Shown here: piece by piece, positions 42,125 through 51,858 of the stretch | Layout: every line of letters starts with the position of its first letter | Position numbering within the stretch: position 1 is the stretch's first letter | Assembly: GCA_963847705.1 (NCBI GenBank) | Contig: CAWKBC010000032.1 | Location: 128,001-192,000 of the forward strand | Source of the DNA: an uncultured Pseudomonadota bacterium | GTDB lineage: Bacteria; Myxococcota_A; Polyangia; Fen-1088 | DNA: 64,000 nt | Direction of reading: 5' to 3' | The notes under the pieces: generated by a model | The model's database searches: none | Told to the model about the DNA's origin: nothing | The model's input: only the letters and a program-made list of their open reading frames with translations | Program-made: the position numbers and the translations under genes

Positions 42125-43506
42125 ACCGGCCCGACGACAGGGACGCGCGGATCCTGGCGGCGCTCTCCGAGGAGGCGCGGCGCCTGGCCGACGCCGACGC
42201 CGCGGAGCTCCCCCGGCCCGGCGCCTGGCACCGGCTCGAGCAGCGACGGGCGCAGCCCCGCGGCCGCGGTCTCCTCCGTTGGTCGGTGGCCGGGCTGGGC
42301 CTCTGCGCGGCCTCGGTGGCGGTGCTCTTCGGCCTGCACAACTGGCGCTCGGGCCGGGCGCTCACCTTCGACGTCGGTGGCGGCGCGATCGTGGAGAGCG
42401 GCTACATCCGCGGCGCGGCCAACGCCGGCGCCCCCGTCCAGTTCTCCGACGGGACGCGGATCGATCTGGCGGCGGGGGCGCGGATGTCGGTGGTGGCGCC
42501 GGGACCGCACGGCGCGCGGCTGCGGGTCGACGAAGGCGCGGCGCACTTCTCGGTCATGCACCTGCCGCGCGCCGCCTGGAGCGTCGAGGCCGGGCCCTAC
42601 GTCGTCGAGGTGACGGGGACCGTGTTCGACGTCCGCTGGTCGAGCGCGGACGAGATCGTCGAGGTGCGGCTGCAGTCGGGCTCGGTGCGGGTGAGCGGAC
42701 CGATGCTCACCGAGCACGCCACGCTGCGACCGGGACAGCATCTGACGGCGCGGCTGGCGACGCGCGAGCTGCGGATCGACGAGAACGTCGGCACCACCGT
42801 GGCGCCCGTCCTGGCCGTGCCGCCGCCCGGGGCAGCGCCGCCCGAGAAGGCAGCGCCGCCCGACGCGGCAGCACCGCGCGAAACGGCGTCGCTGGCACCG
42901 ACGTCGGTCGAGGCGCGGCTGCCCGCCGAGGCGCCGGCGCCGGCTGCGACGCGCCCCCCCGCCCCGGCGCGCGCCGTGAGGAGGCCGGCTCGCGCGGTGG
43001 CCGTCGCCGCCGCCGGTTCGCACGCCAACGCCGACTGGGCGCCGCAGCGCTGGTCGGAGCGCGTGTCGGCGGGTGACGCCAAGGGGGTGGTGGCCGAGGC
43101 GGTGGCGCACGGGCTCGACGCCGCCGTCACCGACGCCGACGCTCCCGAGTTGGTGGCGCTGGCCGACGCCGCCCGCTACGCGGGCCGAACCTACCTGGCC
43201 GAGCGCGTGCTGCGGGCCCAGCGGACGCGGTTCCCCGGCAGCGCCGCGGCGGGCGCGGCGGCCTTCTTTCTCGGGCGCCTGGCCGACGATCGTGGCGCCG
43301 CGGCCGACGGGCTTGACTGGTACCGGCGCTACCTGACCGAGCAGCCGCAAGGACCTTACGCGGCCGAGGCGCTCGGGCGTGAGATGATTGGCGTGGCGCG
43401 CCTCTCCGGGCGACCGGCGGCGCGAGAGCTGGCGCGCGAGTATCTCCGCCGCTTCCCCGACGGCACCTATCTGCTTCACGCCCGGGCCATTCTTCAATCT
43501 CCATGA
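42121..43506 (+). CDS. FecR-domain anti-sigma factor with Pro-rich linker and C-terminal TPR-like domain
   Basis: Single TM, FSDGTRIDL...VEVTGTVFDVRW (FecR), AAFFLGRL...YLRRFPDG; start overlaps the sigma stop. Confidence 0.85.
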   Translation: MNRPDDRDARILAALSEEARRLADADAAELPRPGAWHRLEQRRAQPRGRGLLRWSVAGLGLCAASVAVLFGLHNWRSGRALTFDVGGGAIVESGYIRGAANAGAPVQFSDGTRIDLAAGARMSVVAPGPHGARLRVDEGAAHFSVMHLPRAAWSVEAGPYVVEVTGTVFDVRWSSADEIVEVRLQSGSVRVSGPMLTEHATLRPGQHLTARLATRELRIDENVGTTVAPVLAVPPPGAAPPEKAAPPDAAAPRETASLAPTSVEARLPAEAPAPAATRPPAPARAVRRPARAVAVAAAGSHANADWAPQRWSERVSAGDAKGVVAEAVAHGLDAAVTDADAPELVALADAARYAGRTYLAERVLRAQRTRFPGSAAAGAAAFFLGRLADDRGAAADGLDWYRRYLTEQPQGPYAAEALGREMIGVARLSGRPAARELAREYLRRFPDGTYLLHARAILQSP

Positions 43507-44598
43507 TTGCCGCGTGATTGCTCCGTGATCGCCCCTGGCGCCGGCGCCCTCTGGGTCGGGCTGATGATGGCCGCCGCCGGCGAGCCGTCCCTCGCGGCGC
43601 CGGCGCCGACGCCGACCGAAAGGCCCGCGCCGTCCCCCAGCTCGATCGTGGGGGTGAGGAGGCCGCCGCTGGGCGACAGCGTGCTCACGGAGGCCGGGTC
43701 GCGGCTCCGCTCCGAGCTCGCCGCGATGGGGCTCGAGGGGCAGTTCGTCGATTGTCCGCCGACCGAGACCGATCCGGGCGCCTGTCCGGACGCCCAGGCG
43801 ACCGCCACGATCTCGCTGGCGCGGCGGGACGACGGCATCGTCGAGATCGGCGTTCGGACCATTCTTTCGGACGGGCTGGAGCTGAGCCGGCACGTCCGGG
43901 TGCTGGCGCGCGACGGCGGAGATGATCCCGCCGTTCTGGCGGTGCGCGCCGTCGAGCTCCTGCGGGATCTTCGGCTCACCGGCCAGCGCCCGGCGCCACG
44001 CGGGCCGAGGGGCCCCGCCCGCGACGACGAAGACCCGCCGTCACCCCCACCACCGCCGCCACCGCCGCCGGGCTGGACCCTGTCGACGGGGGTGGCGCTG
44101 CTCGGCTCGCCCAGGGGCGACCAGCCGGGGGTCGGTCCGGCGTTCGGGCTGACGATCGGCGTCGGCAAGATCATCGGGCCGCACCTGCTCGTCGTCGCGA
44201 GCTTCGCGGGACCGTTCAATACGTCGCTGGGGCCGTACGACGGGAGGAGCGCGGCCTTGGTTCAGGCCCTCGCCGTGCTGGAGCTCCGCTTCCGGCTGCA
44301 GATGGGTCCGTTCGAACCGTTCGCGGCGGTGCTCACCGGCATCAACTATCTGCAGGCGACGGTCCCAGGCTCCGTAGAGTTCCAAGCTCCGCCCGCCGAC
44401 AACTCTGCCTGGGTGCCGATGTTCGGCGTGGCCGTCGGCGGCTGCGGAAGCTTCCTGACGCGATTCTTCGTTTGCCTGGAGGCGGCGGCCTTCGTGACCC
44501 AACCCGACATGTACGTCCAGATCGACAGCCAGATCATCGGCGCCACCGGCGCGCCATCGACCCTGCTCAGCTCCAGCGTCGGCCTCACGCTCCCCTGA
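43507..44598 (+). CDS. Hypothetical exported protein: N-terminal domain, poly-Pro linker, putative beta-barrel
   Basis: LAVRAVELLR, PPPPPPPP, then amphipathic strands to the C-terminus; start uncertain. Confidence 0.65.
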   Translation: MPRDCSVIAPGAGALWVGLMMAAAGEPSLAAPAPTPTERPAPSPSSIVGVRRPPLGDSVLTEAGSRLRSELAAMGLEGQFVDCPPTETDPGACPDAQATATISLARRDDGIVEIGVRTILSDGLELSRHVRVLARDGGDDPAVLAVRAVELLRDLRLTGQRPAPRGPRGPARDDEDPPSPPPPPPPPPGWTLSTGVALLGSPRGDQPGVGPAFGLTIGVGKIIGPHLLVVASFAGPFNTSLGPYDGRSAALVQALAVLELRFRLQMGPFEPFAAVLTGINYLQATVPGSVEFQAPPADNSAWVPMFGVAVGGCGSFLTRFFVCLEAAAFVTQPDMYVQIDSQIIGATGAPSTLLSSSVGLTLP

Positions 44599-44690
44599 GG
44601 GGCGCGCGTTTGCGGCGTGACCTCCGGGAGTGAGTCGAGGTTCGCCCGCGACTTCTGGCGGGGCGGCGTCAGCGCCCACACCTCGAGGCG

Positions 44691-46382
44691 CTACGGAACC
44701 GTCATCTGGAATGCCACGGCGTAGTTCTGCCCCGGCATTCCGGAGAGGTAGCCCACCAGCGGATCCGAGTCGTGCAGCAGGCCCCAGCGGACGGTCCCGT
44801 TCGTGCGCGGCGCCGCGTCGGCGGTGAAGGCGTAGGCGACGGTCACGCCCGACGCCGCGAGATCGCTCGCCACGGTGATCTGAACGCTGTTGCCGGAGAT
44901 GGCGACGCTGCTGATGGTGACGGGCGTGGTTCCGTTCGACACCTCGAACCCCTTGCCTTGCGCCCAGGCGGTGTTGCTCGCCTGGTGCGGCATCGGCAGG
45001 GTGGTGTCCCAGGCGAGCGGCGCCACCGGCACGTTGAAGCTCACCGTGATCACCCGGCCGCTGCGCGACGCGCTGGTCGGCTGCAGCGGCTGCCAGGCGT
45101 TGCCCAGGACCACCCGCTGATAGAAGACCTCCGCCGACTTCTCGCCGAGCCGCTCGTAGTCCTTGTTGATGAGGTGGGTGTAGTCACTGACGTAGGAGTA
45201 CTGGTACTTCGGCCCCATGCAGATGATGTCGCCGGGATGATCGACGCCGATCTTCCACTGCGCGAGCGTGCCCGACGAGGTCGACCCGGCGTCCATCGGA
45301 TTGGAGTGCTGCTGCGAGAGCAGCATCGGAATCGCGAAGGTCTGTCCGGTCAGCGGCGGCAGATCCTGGTTGTAGTTCGACCAGAGCGCCAGCATGTCGG
45401 CCTCGAACGTCGCGCTGGCGGCGTCCGATTCGCCCGCGGTGAGAACGATGGCGCCCACGCCGTAGCTCTTCCCCTGCGCCTTGGACAGCTGCGCGATCGC
45501 CCCCACCTCGAACAGCGAGGCCGCGTAGGCGCGCCCGGTGGTCCCGGTGTCGGTGGCCCCCTTCTGGATCACGCTGATCGGCTGACCCGCTTCGCCGACC
45601 TCGGTCTGCGCGCTGATGTAGTCGCTCCTCGCGGCGGCCATCACCAGCGAGGTGAGCTCATCGCCCATCGCGGTGTGGAAGCTCTCGCCGTAGATGTTGG
45701 CTGGGTACGGGCTTGGGTAGGTGGTCGTGATCGCACGCAGCGGCTCGACCAGCGGCACCATCGAGAGCGCGGAGTTGGGCAGCTTGAACGGCGGCACCGT
45801 GGCGTTGCCGAGCGACAGCTTCAGGTTGTGAAATGGCTGCGTGGTGGCGCCGATCGTCATCGCCGGCGCGTTGCCATGACCGCCGACCGCCAGGCTCTGG
45901 CCGGTGCCGACGACGCCCGTCCAGGACCAGGCTGGCGCCGCAGGCAGGGTTCCGCCGTTGCCGTTGTTTCCGGCGCCGGCGCCGCCGATCCCGGCCGCGC
46001 CTCCGCCACCGGTTCCGGCGCCACCGGTTCCCGCAGCGCCCCCTCCGCCGCCGGCCCCCGGCGAGCCACCGCGTCCGCCGGCGCCGCCCACGTCGAGCGA
46101 GCCTCCGCCCCCGCCGTGGCCGCCGCTCCCACTGCCGCCACTGCCCGTGTGGCCGCCGCCCGCATTGCCTCCCGTCCCCTGACGAGCGCCCGCGCCCGCC
46201 GCACCGCCCGTCGCCGGGGCGCCGCCCGTCGAGCTCCCCCCGCTCCCCGGCCCCGCAGCGGCGTCCGTTCCCACGCTCTTGCCGCTCGCGCAACCGGCAG
46301 CGAGGACCAGCGCCAGCATCGCCGCGCGCAGCGTGGACGCTCGCCCACGCCTCGGCGCTCCGTTGGTCAGGGGGGCGACCAT
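44691..46382 (-). CDS. Secreted lipoprotein, SGNH/SASA (CE6-like) esterase fold
   Basis: Lipobox LAAGC, long Gly-rich linker, GQSLAVG, AGESD, DYTHL (DxxH). Confidence 0.65.
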   Translation of the reverse strand: MVAPLTNGAPRRGRASTLRAAMLALVLAAGCASGKSVGTDAAAGPGSGGSSTGGAPATGGAAGAGARQGTGGNAGGGHTGSGGSGSGGHGGGGGSLDVGGAGGRGGSPGAGGGGGAAGTGGAGTGGGGAAGIGGAGAGNNGNGGTLPAAPAWSWTGVVGTGQSLAVGGHGNAPAMTIGATTQPFHNLKLSLGNATVPPFKLPNSALSMVPLVEPLRAITTTYPSPYPANIYGESFHTAMGDELTSLVMAAARSDYISAQTEVGEAGQPISVIQKGATDTGTTGRAYAASLFEVGAIAQLSKAQGKSYGVGAIVLTAGESDAASATFEADMLALWSNYNQDLPPLTGQTFAIPMLLSQQHSNPMDAGSTSSGTLAQWKIGVDHPGDIICMGPKYQYSYVSDYTHLINKDYERLGEKSAEVFYQRVVLGNAWQPLQPTSASRSGRVITVSFNVPVAPLAWDTTLPMPHQASNTAWAQGKGFEVSNGTTPVTISSVAISGNSVQITVASDLAASGVTVAYAFTADAAPRTNGTVRWGLLHDSDPLVGYLSGMPGQNYAVAFQMTVP

Positions 46383-46411
46383 CGCCCCGATGATCGCACG
46401 AATCGGCGCGA

Positions 46412-47326
46412 TCAGGTCTGCCGGCGCAGGTATTCGCGCGGCGTCACGTGGCGAAGCGCACGGAACACCCGGTGGAACTGGGCGTAGCTGCCAAAGCCCG
46501 CCGCCAGAGCTGCCTCGAGCAGGTTCGTGCGCCCGCGGTCGAGCAGCACCGAGAACCGGTCCAGCCGCAGCCGGTTGCGGTACTCGACCAGGGACATCCC
46601 CATCTCGGACTTGAAGACGCGCGCCAGACGGCTGAGGCTGATGTCGAGGGCCGAGGCGATCTCCTTGCCCCCCATCGCCGGATCCTTCGAGAGCATCCCG
46701 ACCGTCGACGCGACCAGCCGGTTGCCGGGCGACTCACCGGGCGGTGTCGACCCGCGCCCCAGCGAGCCGCGAACGGGATCGAGCACGGTGCCGAGGAGCG
46801 AACAGAGAATGGCGGCGTGGGCCTGCTTGGCCTCGTCGACGGGCGCGCCGGTGAGGGCGGCGTCGTTGAACATCATGCCGATCGGCGCCCGGGTCGAACG
46901 GATCGGCGTACAGGCGACCCAGCCGCGGCCGGCGATGCGCGTCTCCCCCGCGTGGTGCTCGACGATGGGACAGTTCTCGTAGACCGTGAAGTGCGCTGCC
47001 TCCGCCTCCGAGCGGCGGAAGGTCTCCCGATCGGTGTCGCTCATGTCGTACATGATGTGGTGCTCGTCGACGATGGTCCCCTGCAGGTCCATCCCCCAGG
47101 TCCCCAGCATCAAATTGCGGGACCGATCGAGCACGAAGATTCCGGCCCGCATGAGGCCGATCCGCTCTCGGGTGAGCTCGACGGCGCGCCGCAGGATCTG
47201 GTCGGGATCGTCGAGCGCATGGATCTCGTCGAACGCGGCCAGCAGCGAGGCGAGCTTGCCGCGGGCAGATCGATCCACCACTTTCGGGACCGGTGCCGTC
47301 GGCCCGAGAATGATCGGCCAGTCCAC
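46412..47326 (-). CDS. AraC family regulator with GAF-like N-terminal domain
   Basis: SLSRLARVFKSEMGMSLVEYRNRLRL, AGFGSYAQFHRVF; start uncertain. Confidence 0.85.
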   Translation of the reverse strand: MDWPIILGPTAPVPKVVDRSARGKLASLLAAFDEIHALDDPDQILRRAVELTRERIGLMRAGIFVLDRSRNLMLGTWGMDLQGTIVDEHHIMYDMSDTDRETFRRSEAEAAHFTVYENCPIVEHHAGETRIAGRGWVACTPIRSTRAPIGMMFNDAALTGAPVDEAKQAHAAILCSLLGTVLDPVRGSLGRGSTPPGESPGNRLVASTVGMLSKDPAMGGKEIASALDISLSRLARVFKSEMGMSLVEYRNRLRLDRFSVLLDRGRTNLLEAALAAGFGSYAQFHRVFRALRHVTPREYLRRQT

Positions 47327-47497
47327 GCGTCGCCGCCGCGTCAAGGTGAGCAGATCTTCATATTCCCGAGAACACTCAGCCCTATCAGAAGCACCCCGAA
47401 TGCGCCACAAATGCGAGAATGAGCGCCAGAAATGAGATGTCGCTTCGCCCAGGTCAGGCCGGGCCGCAGCCGGGTTTCGTGCGCAACCTAATATGGC

Positions 47498-48364
47498 ATG
47501 AGCGAACCCAAAGCTTCGAAGGCCTGGACCTTCCACCTGGGCGGCGAGCTGCCCATCCACCGCCTCGGGTTTGGTTCCATGCGCCTGACGGGACCTGGGA
47601 TCTGGGGCGAGCCCGCGGACCCCGGGGAGGCCATCCGCACCCTCCAGCGGACGCGCGACCTGGGAATCGACTTCATCGACACCGCCGACTCCTATGGACC
47701 GGACGTCGCGGAGCGCCTCATTCGTGAGGCGCTTCACCCCTACGGCGACACGCGCATCGCCACCAAGGCGGGGCTGGCGCGCACGGGGCCTGATCGCTGG
47801 GTCCCGCTCGGGCGTCCCGAGTATCTGCTCCAGCAGGCGCACAAGAGCCTGCGCCAGCTCGGGGTCGAGCGGATCGATCTGTGGCAGCTCCACCGCATCG
47901 ACCCGAAGGTCCCGCGCGACGAACAGTTCGGCGCGGTCAAGGAGCTGCTCGACGCGGGGCTCATCCGCTACGCCGGCCTCAGCGAGGTGACCGTCGAGGA
48001 GATCGAGGCGGCCTCCAAGGTGTTTCCGGTGGCGACGGTCCAGAACCGCTACAACCTGTTGGATCGCACCAGCGAGGCGGTCATCGCCCACTGCGAGCGC
48101 CAGGGGATCGGGTTCATCCCCTGGTTTCCGCTGGGCGCGGGCAAGCTCGCGCAGCCGGGCTCGAGCCTCGACAAGATCGCCGCGCGCCACGGCGGCACCG
48201 TCAGCCAGATCGTGCTCGCCTGGACGCTCCGCAAGAGCCCGGTGATGCTTCCGATCCCCGGGACCTCACGTGTCGAGCACCTCGAAGAGAACGTCGCCGC
48301 CGCGCGCATCGTCCTGACGGACGCCGAGATGGCGGCGCTCGACGAGGTCCCGAAGCAGGCCTGA
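47498..48364 (+). CDS. Aldo/keto reductase
   Basis: [48 protein letters not shown]. Confidence 0.95.
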   Translation: MSEPKASKAWTFHLGGELPIHRLGFGSMRLTGPGIWGEPADPGEAIRTLQRTRDLGIDFIDTADSYGPDVAERLIREALHPYGDTRIATKAGLARTGPDRWVPLGRPEYLLQQAHKSLRQLGVERIDLWQLHRIDPKVPRDEQFGAVKELLDAGLIRYAGLSEVTVEEIEAASKVFPVATVQNRYNLLDRTSEAVIAHCERQGIGFIPWFPLGAGKLAQPGSSLDKIAARHGGTVSQIVLAWTLRKSPVMLPIPGTSRVEHLEENVAAARIVLTDAEMAALDEVPKQA

Positions 48365-48406
48365 AGAGGCCCACACTTCCAGGTAAGCTTGCGCCCGAGG
48401 CCGGGC

Positions 48407-49204
48407 GTGAGCAGCGACGACTACCTCCTCGACAACCGGGTGAGCGAAGCGGGCGAGCGGATCGCGGCGCTGTCGGCGCTCTTCGATCCGATCACCTTCC
48501 GGCACCTCGACGCGCTCGGCATCGCGCGCGGGTGGCGCTGCTGGGAGGTGGGGGCCGGCGGTCCGTCGGTGCCGCGCGGGTTGGCGGCGCGGGTGGGACC
48601 CGAGGGGCGCGTGCTGGCCACCGACATCGAGCTTTCCTGGGCAGGCGCGGCGGCCGGCGCGCCCGTCGAGGTGCGGCGCCACGACGTCGTGCGCGACGCG
48701 CCACCCGACGAGCTGTTCGATCTGGTGCACGCCCGGCTGGTGCTGGTGCACCTGCCCGATCGCGAGCGCGCGCTGCGATCGATGATCGGGGCGCTGCGCC
48801 CGGGCGGGTGGCTGCTGGTCGAGGACGCCGATCCGGCGCTGCAGCCGCTGAGCGTGCTCGATCCGGTGAGCGCGGAGGACCTGCTGGCCAACAAGCTGCG
48901 GACCGGGTTTCGCACGCTGCTGGCGGAGCGCGGGGTCGACCTCGGCTACGGGCGCAAGCTGCCGCGCCTCCTGCGGGCGGCCGGGCTGGCCGACGTGGCG
49001 GCCGACGCCTACTTCCCGGTCGCCCTGCCCGCCTGCGCCCCGCTGGAGCTGGCGACCGTGAAGTTCCTGCGCGCGCAGTTGCTCGCCAAGGGGATCGCCA
49101 CCGCCGAGGAGATCGACCGGCACCTGGCCAGCGTGGCCGCCGGCCGCCTCGACCTGGCGCAGCCGCCGATGATCTCGGCCTGGGGGCGGCGACATCCGCT
49201 ATAG
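48407..49204 (+). CDS. Class I SAM-dependent methyltransferase
   Basis: CWEVGAGGPS, FDLVHARLVLVHL, LRPGGWLLVED. Confidence 0.88.
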   Translation: MSSDDYLLDNRVSEAGERIAALSALFDPITFRHLDALGIARGWRCWEVGAGGPSVPRGLAARVGPEGRVLATDIELSWAGAAAGAPVEVRRHDVVRDAPPDELFDLVHARLVLVHLPDRERALRSMIGALRPGGWLLVEDADPALQPLSVLDPVSAEDLLANKLRTGFRTLLAERGVDLGYGRKLPRLLRAAGLADVAADAYFPVALPACAPLELATVKFLRAQLLAKGIATAEEIDRHLASVAAGRLDLAQPPMISAWGRRHPL

Positions 49205-49213
49205 TCCGCCGCC

Positions 49214-49507
49214 ATGTCCACGACAGCGCTGAAACACAACAGCTACTTCGAGGGGAACGTGCAGAGCGTCGGCTTCGAGCGCAACGGGCGGCGCGCGACG
49301 GTCGGCGTGATCGCCCCCGGCAGCTATCACTTCGGGACCGAGGCCCCCGAGCGGATGACGGTCATCAGCGGCGAGCTGGCGGTCAAGCCCGACGGCGGCA
49401 CCGAGTGGACGCCCTACCCGGCCGGCACCGCCTTCGAGATCGCGGGCGGCGCCGGGTTCGACGTGCGCGCCAAAACGCCGACCGCCTACCTGTGTGAATA
49501 CCTCTAG
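49214..49507 (+). CDS. ppnP: Pyrimidine/purine nucleoside phosphorylase
   Basis: NSYFEGNVQSVGF, TVGVIAPGSYHFGTEAPERMTVISG, AYLCEY. Confidence 0.92.
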   Translation: MSTTALKHNSYFEGNVQSVGFERNGRRATVGVIAPGSYHFGTEAPERMTVISGELAVKPDGGTEWTPYPAGTAFEIAGGAGFDVRAKTPTAYLCEYL

Positions 49508-49890
49508 ATCGCCACGGCGGTCTGGAACAGGTCGTCGAGGGCGGCGGCGGGATCCTCGCAGAGGCCGGCGTGAGGCGAGGTCGGCTGCACGATCGTACTG
49601 CGGGGCGCCGACAGCCAGTGAAACCGCTCCGAGGGCGGCAGGCGCGCGATCGGGCCGGCGGTGACCTCGCCGGCGGCGACGGCGCGGACGGCCTCGAGCT
49701 GGCTCGCCAGCGCCGCGACGTCGACCTCCGGCGCCAGCGCGCGCAGCCGCCGCTCGTCGAGCGCGATCCGGCAACCGAGGTACGCGGTGGTCGGACAGAA
49801 CAGGATCACGCCGACGTTGAGCCGCTCGTCGCGATCGACGCGCGGCACGACCTGCACGATCACATAGTCAAACGCGCGACGCTCGGACAC
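49504..49890 (-). CDS. DUF3037 family protein
   Basis: FDYVIVQVVPRVDRDERLNVGVILFC, ERFHWLSAPRSTIVQ. Confidence 0.9.
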   Translation of the reverse strand: MSERRAFDYVIVQVVPRVDRDERLNVGVILFCPTTAYLGCRIALDERRLRALAPEVDVAALASQLEAVRAVAAGEVTAGPIARLPPSERFHWLSAPRSTIVQPTSPHAGLCEDPAAALDDLFQTAVAI

Positions 49891-50740
49891 GGTTCGCCTC
49901 GTCGAGGAGCTTCGGCAACGCCGCGCGCCGGGCGCGCAACCAGGTTCGGTACGCCGGCCGCAGCTTGTCGCTGCCCGGGCCCTCCAGCCAAAGATCGGGG
50001 ACGGCCTCGACGGCGCGCGCGATCTGCTGGTCGTCGAGGGCCGCCGCCAGTGCGACGCCCGCCGCGGGCAGCTGATCGGCGAACGGCAACAGCACGTGCT
50101 CGCCGACGCGCCCGAACGGCCGCGCCGCCGTGGTGACCAGCTCGTTCTCGTCATTCGCACCCTGGCCGTCCCAGCCGTGGTGCCAGTAGAGGGCGGCGCC
50201 GTGATCGATGAGCCACAGCTCGCCCCCCTGCCAGAGCAGGTTCGGGTTGCGCGCGGTGCGGTCGACGTTGACCGCGAAGAGGTCCAGGGCAACGATCCGT
50301 GAGGCCAGCGCACCGTCGATCGGCCGCCCCGCCGCCACGTCGTAGCCGACGGCCCCGGCCAGATACCCCATCGCCAGGTTGAGGCCCGCGCTGGCGATCA
50401 ACAGCTCCTGGATCTCCATGTGCGGCTCGCTGCGGCCGAGCGCGGCGTCGATCTCGATGAGCGCCAGCTCCGGAAGGCGCAGCCCCGCCGCCCGCGCCAG
50501 CTCGCCGACGATCAGCTCCGCCGCCAGCGCGCGTCCCCCCTGCGCGGCGGCCCGGAACTTGGCGACGTAGAGCGCGCCGTCGTCGGCCTCGACCACCGCC
50601 GGGACCGAGCCCCCCTCGCGCAGCGCGGTCACGTAGCGCGTGGCGAGGAGCCGCCGCAGCGGACGCGGCGGCGCTGGGAGCGAGTTGCGATCATGGTCGG
50701 GCGCGGCGGTCGACACGTCCGGCGATTCTGCCCGAGGCAC
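49868..50740 (-). CDS. HipA-like kinase
   Basis: RYVTALREGGSVP, YVAKFR, NVDRTARNPNLL, LIDHGAAL; start uncertain. Confidence 0.88.
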   Translation of the reverse strand: MPRAESPDVSTAAPDHDRNSLPAPPRPLRRLLATRYVTALREGGSVPAVVEADDGALYVAKFRAAAQGGRALAAELIVGELARAAGLRLPELALIEIDAALGRSEPHMEIQELLIASAGLNLAMGYLAGAVGYDVAAGRPIDGALASRIVALDLFAVNVDRTARNPNLLWQGGELWLIDHGAALYWHHGWDGQGANDENELVTTAARPFGRVGEHVLLPFADQLPAAGVALAAALDDQQIARAVEAVPDLWLEGPGSDKLRPAYRTWLRARRAALPKLLDEANRVRASRV

Positions 50741-50790
50741 CGGCCAGCGTCACCTGGCCTGTCCAGAAGGGTGCTATCAAAGAAGGGTCC

Positions 50791-51849
50791 ATGTTTTCGA
50801 TGGAGCGGCTGCGAACCAACCTGCTCGTCAAGCTCGGCGAGGTGACCGATCGTACGCACGCCCTCCCCCTGGTCCTGTTTGGCGTCACCGCCCGCTGCAA
50901 TTCTCACTGCCTCTCCTGCGACTTCTGGCAGGCCGACGGCGCCGGCGATCTCGCGCGCGAGGAGATCGAACGCCTGGCGGTCGAGCTCCACGATCTCGGG
51001 ACGCGGGTGGTGGTCTTCACCGGCGGCGAACCGTTGTTTCGGCCCGACGTCATGCAGATCGCCGACCTGTTTCGCGCCCGCGGAATCAACCTTCATCTCC
51101 TGACCAGCGGCCTCGCGCTCGAGCGGTTCGCGCGCGAGGTGGCCGAGAGATTCGTGGACGTGACGGTGTCGCTGGACGGCCACTCCCGGGAGCTCTACCG
51201 CCAGGTCCGTGGCGTCGACGGGCTGCCGGCGCTGACCCGGGGCGTGAAGGCCTTTCGTGCGCTGGCTCCGGGCGTCCCGTTTCGCGCGCGCAGCACCCTG
51301 CATCGGCACAACTTCCGGTTCTTGGCGCAGATCATCGACCAGGCGCTGGAGATGGGGATCCCGCAGGTCTCGTTCCTGGCCGCCGACGTGGGCCCCGATT
51401 CGTTCAATCGCGGCGTCCAGCGACTGCCGACGGTCGAGAGCTCACCGGCGCGCGACCTCCTGCTCGACGCGGGTGAGGTCGAGGAGTTCGATCGGGTCGT
51501 CGCCTCGGTCATCCGCTCTCACGCGCGTGAGCTGGCCGACGGCCGGGCCACGCCCGGGCCCGCGGGGCTGCGGCGTCTGGTGCGTTACTACGCCGCTCAC
51601 CTGGGCCTGGGCCCGTTCGCCTCCGTCGCCTGCAACGCGCCCTGGATGAGCGTCTACATCGGCGCGGACGGGGCGGTGCGCCCCTGCTTCTTCCACGGCC
51701 CGGTGGGGAACATCCGGCAGCGGTCGCTCCGGGAGATCATGACCGACGCCATGCCGGCCTTCCGTCGCACCCTGACCGTCGCCGACGACGCCACCTGCCA
51801 GCGCTGCGTCTGCAACATCAAGACGGGGCTGCGCTCCCGCCTCTGGTGA
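50791..51849 (+). CDS. Radical SAM protein with SPASM/Twitch domain
   Basis: CNSHCLSC, TGGEP, SLDG, CNAPW...VRPCFF...CQRCVC. Confidence 0.92.
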   Translation: MFSMERLRTNLLVKLGEVTDRTHALPLVLFGVTARCNSHCLSCDFWQADGAGDLAREEIERLAVELHDLGTRVVVFTGGEPLFRPDVMQIADLFRARGINLHLLTSGLALERFAREVAERFVDVTVSLDGHSRELYRQVRGVDGLPALTRGVKAFRALAPGVPFRARSTLHRHNFRFLAQIIDQALEMGIPQVSFLAADVGPDSFNRGVQRLPTVESSPARDLLLDAGEVEEFDRVVASVIRSHARELADGRATPGPAGLRRLVRYYAAHLGLGPFASVACNAPWMSVYIGADGAVRPCFFHGPVGNIRQRSLREIMTDAMPAFRRTLTVADDATCQRCVCNIKTGLRSRLW

Positions 51850-51858
51850 GCGAGCAAT

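Noticed and set aside
45940-46270. Gly-rich low-complexity tract as a repeat element
   Set aside because: It is the flexible linker of the lipoprotein, like that in the GH3 gene, and typical of myxobacterial secreted proteins
47327-48190. Long N-terminal extension of the AraC ORF (592 aa)
   Set aside because: Mostly antisense to the aldo/keto reductase gene
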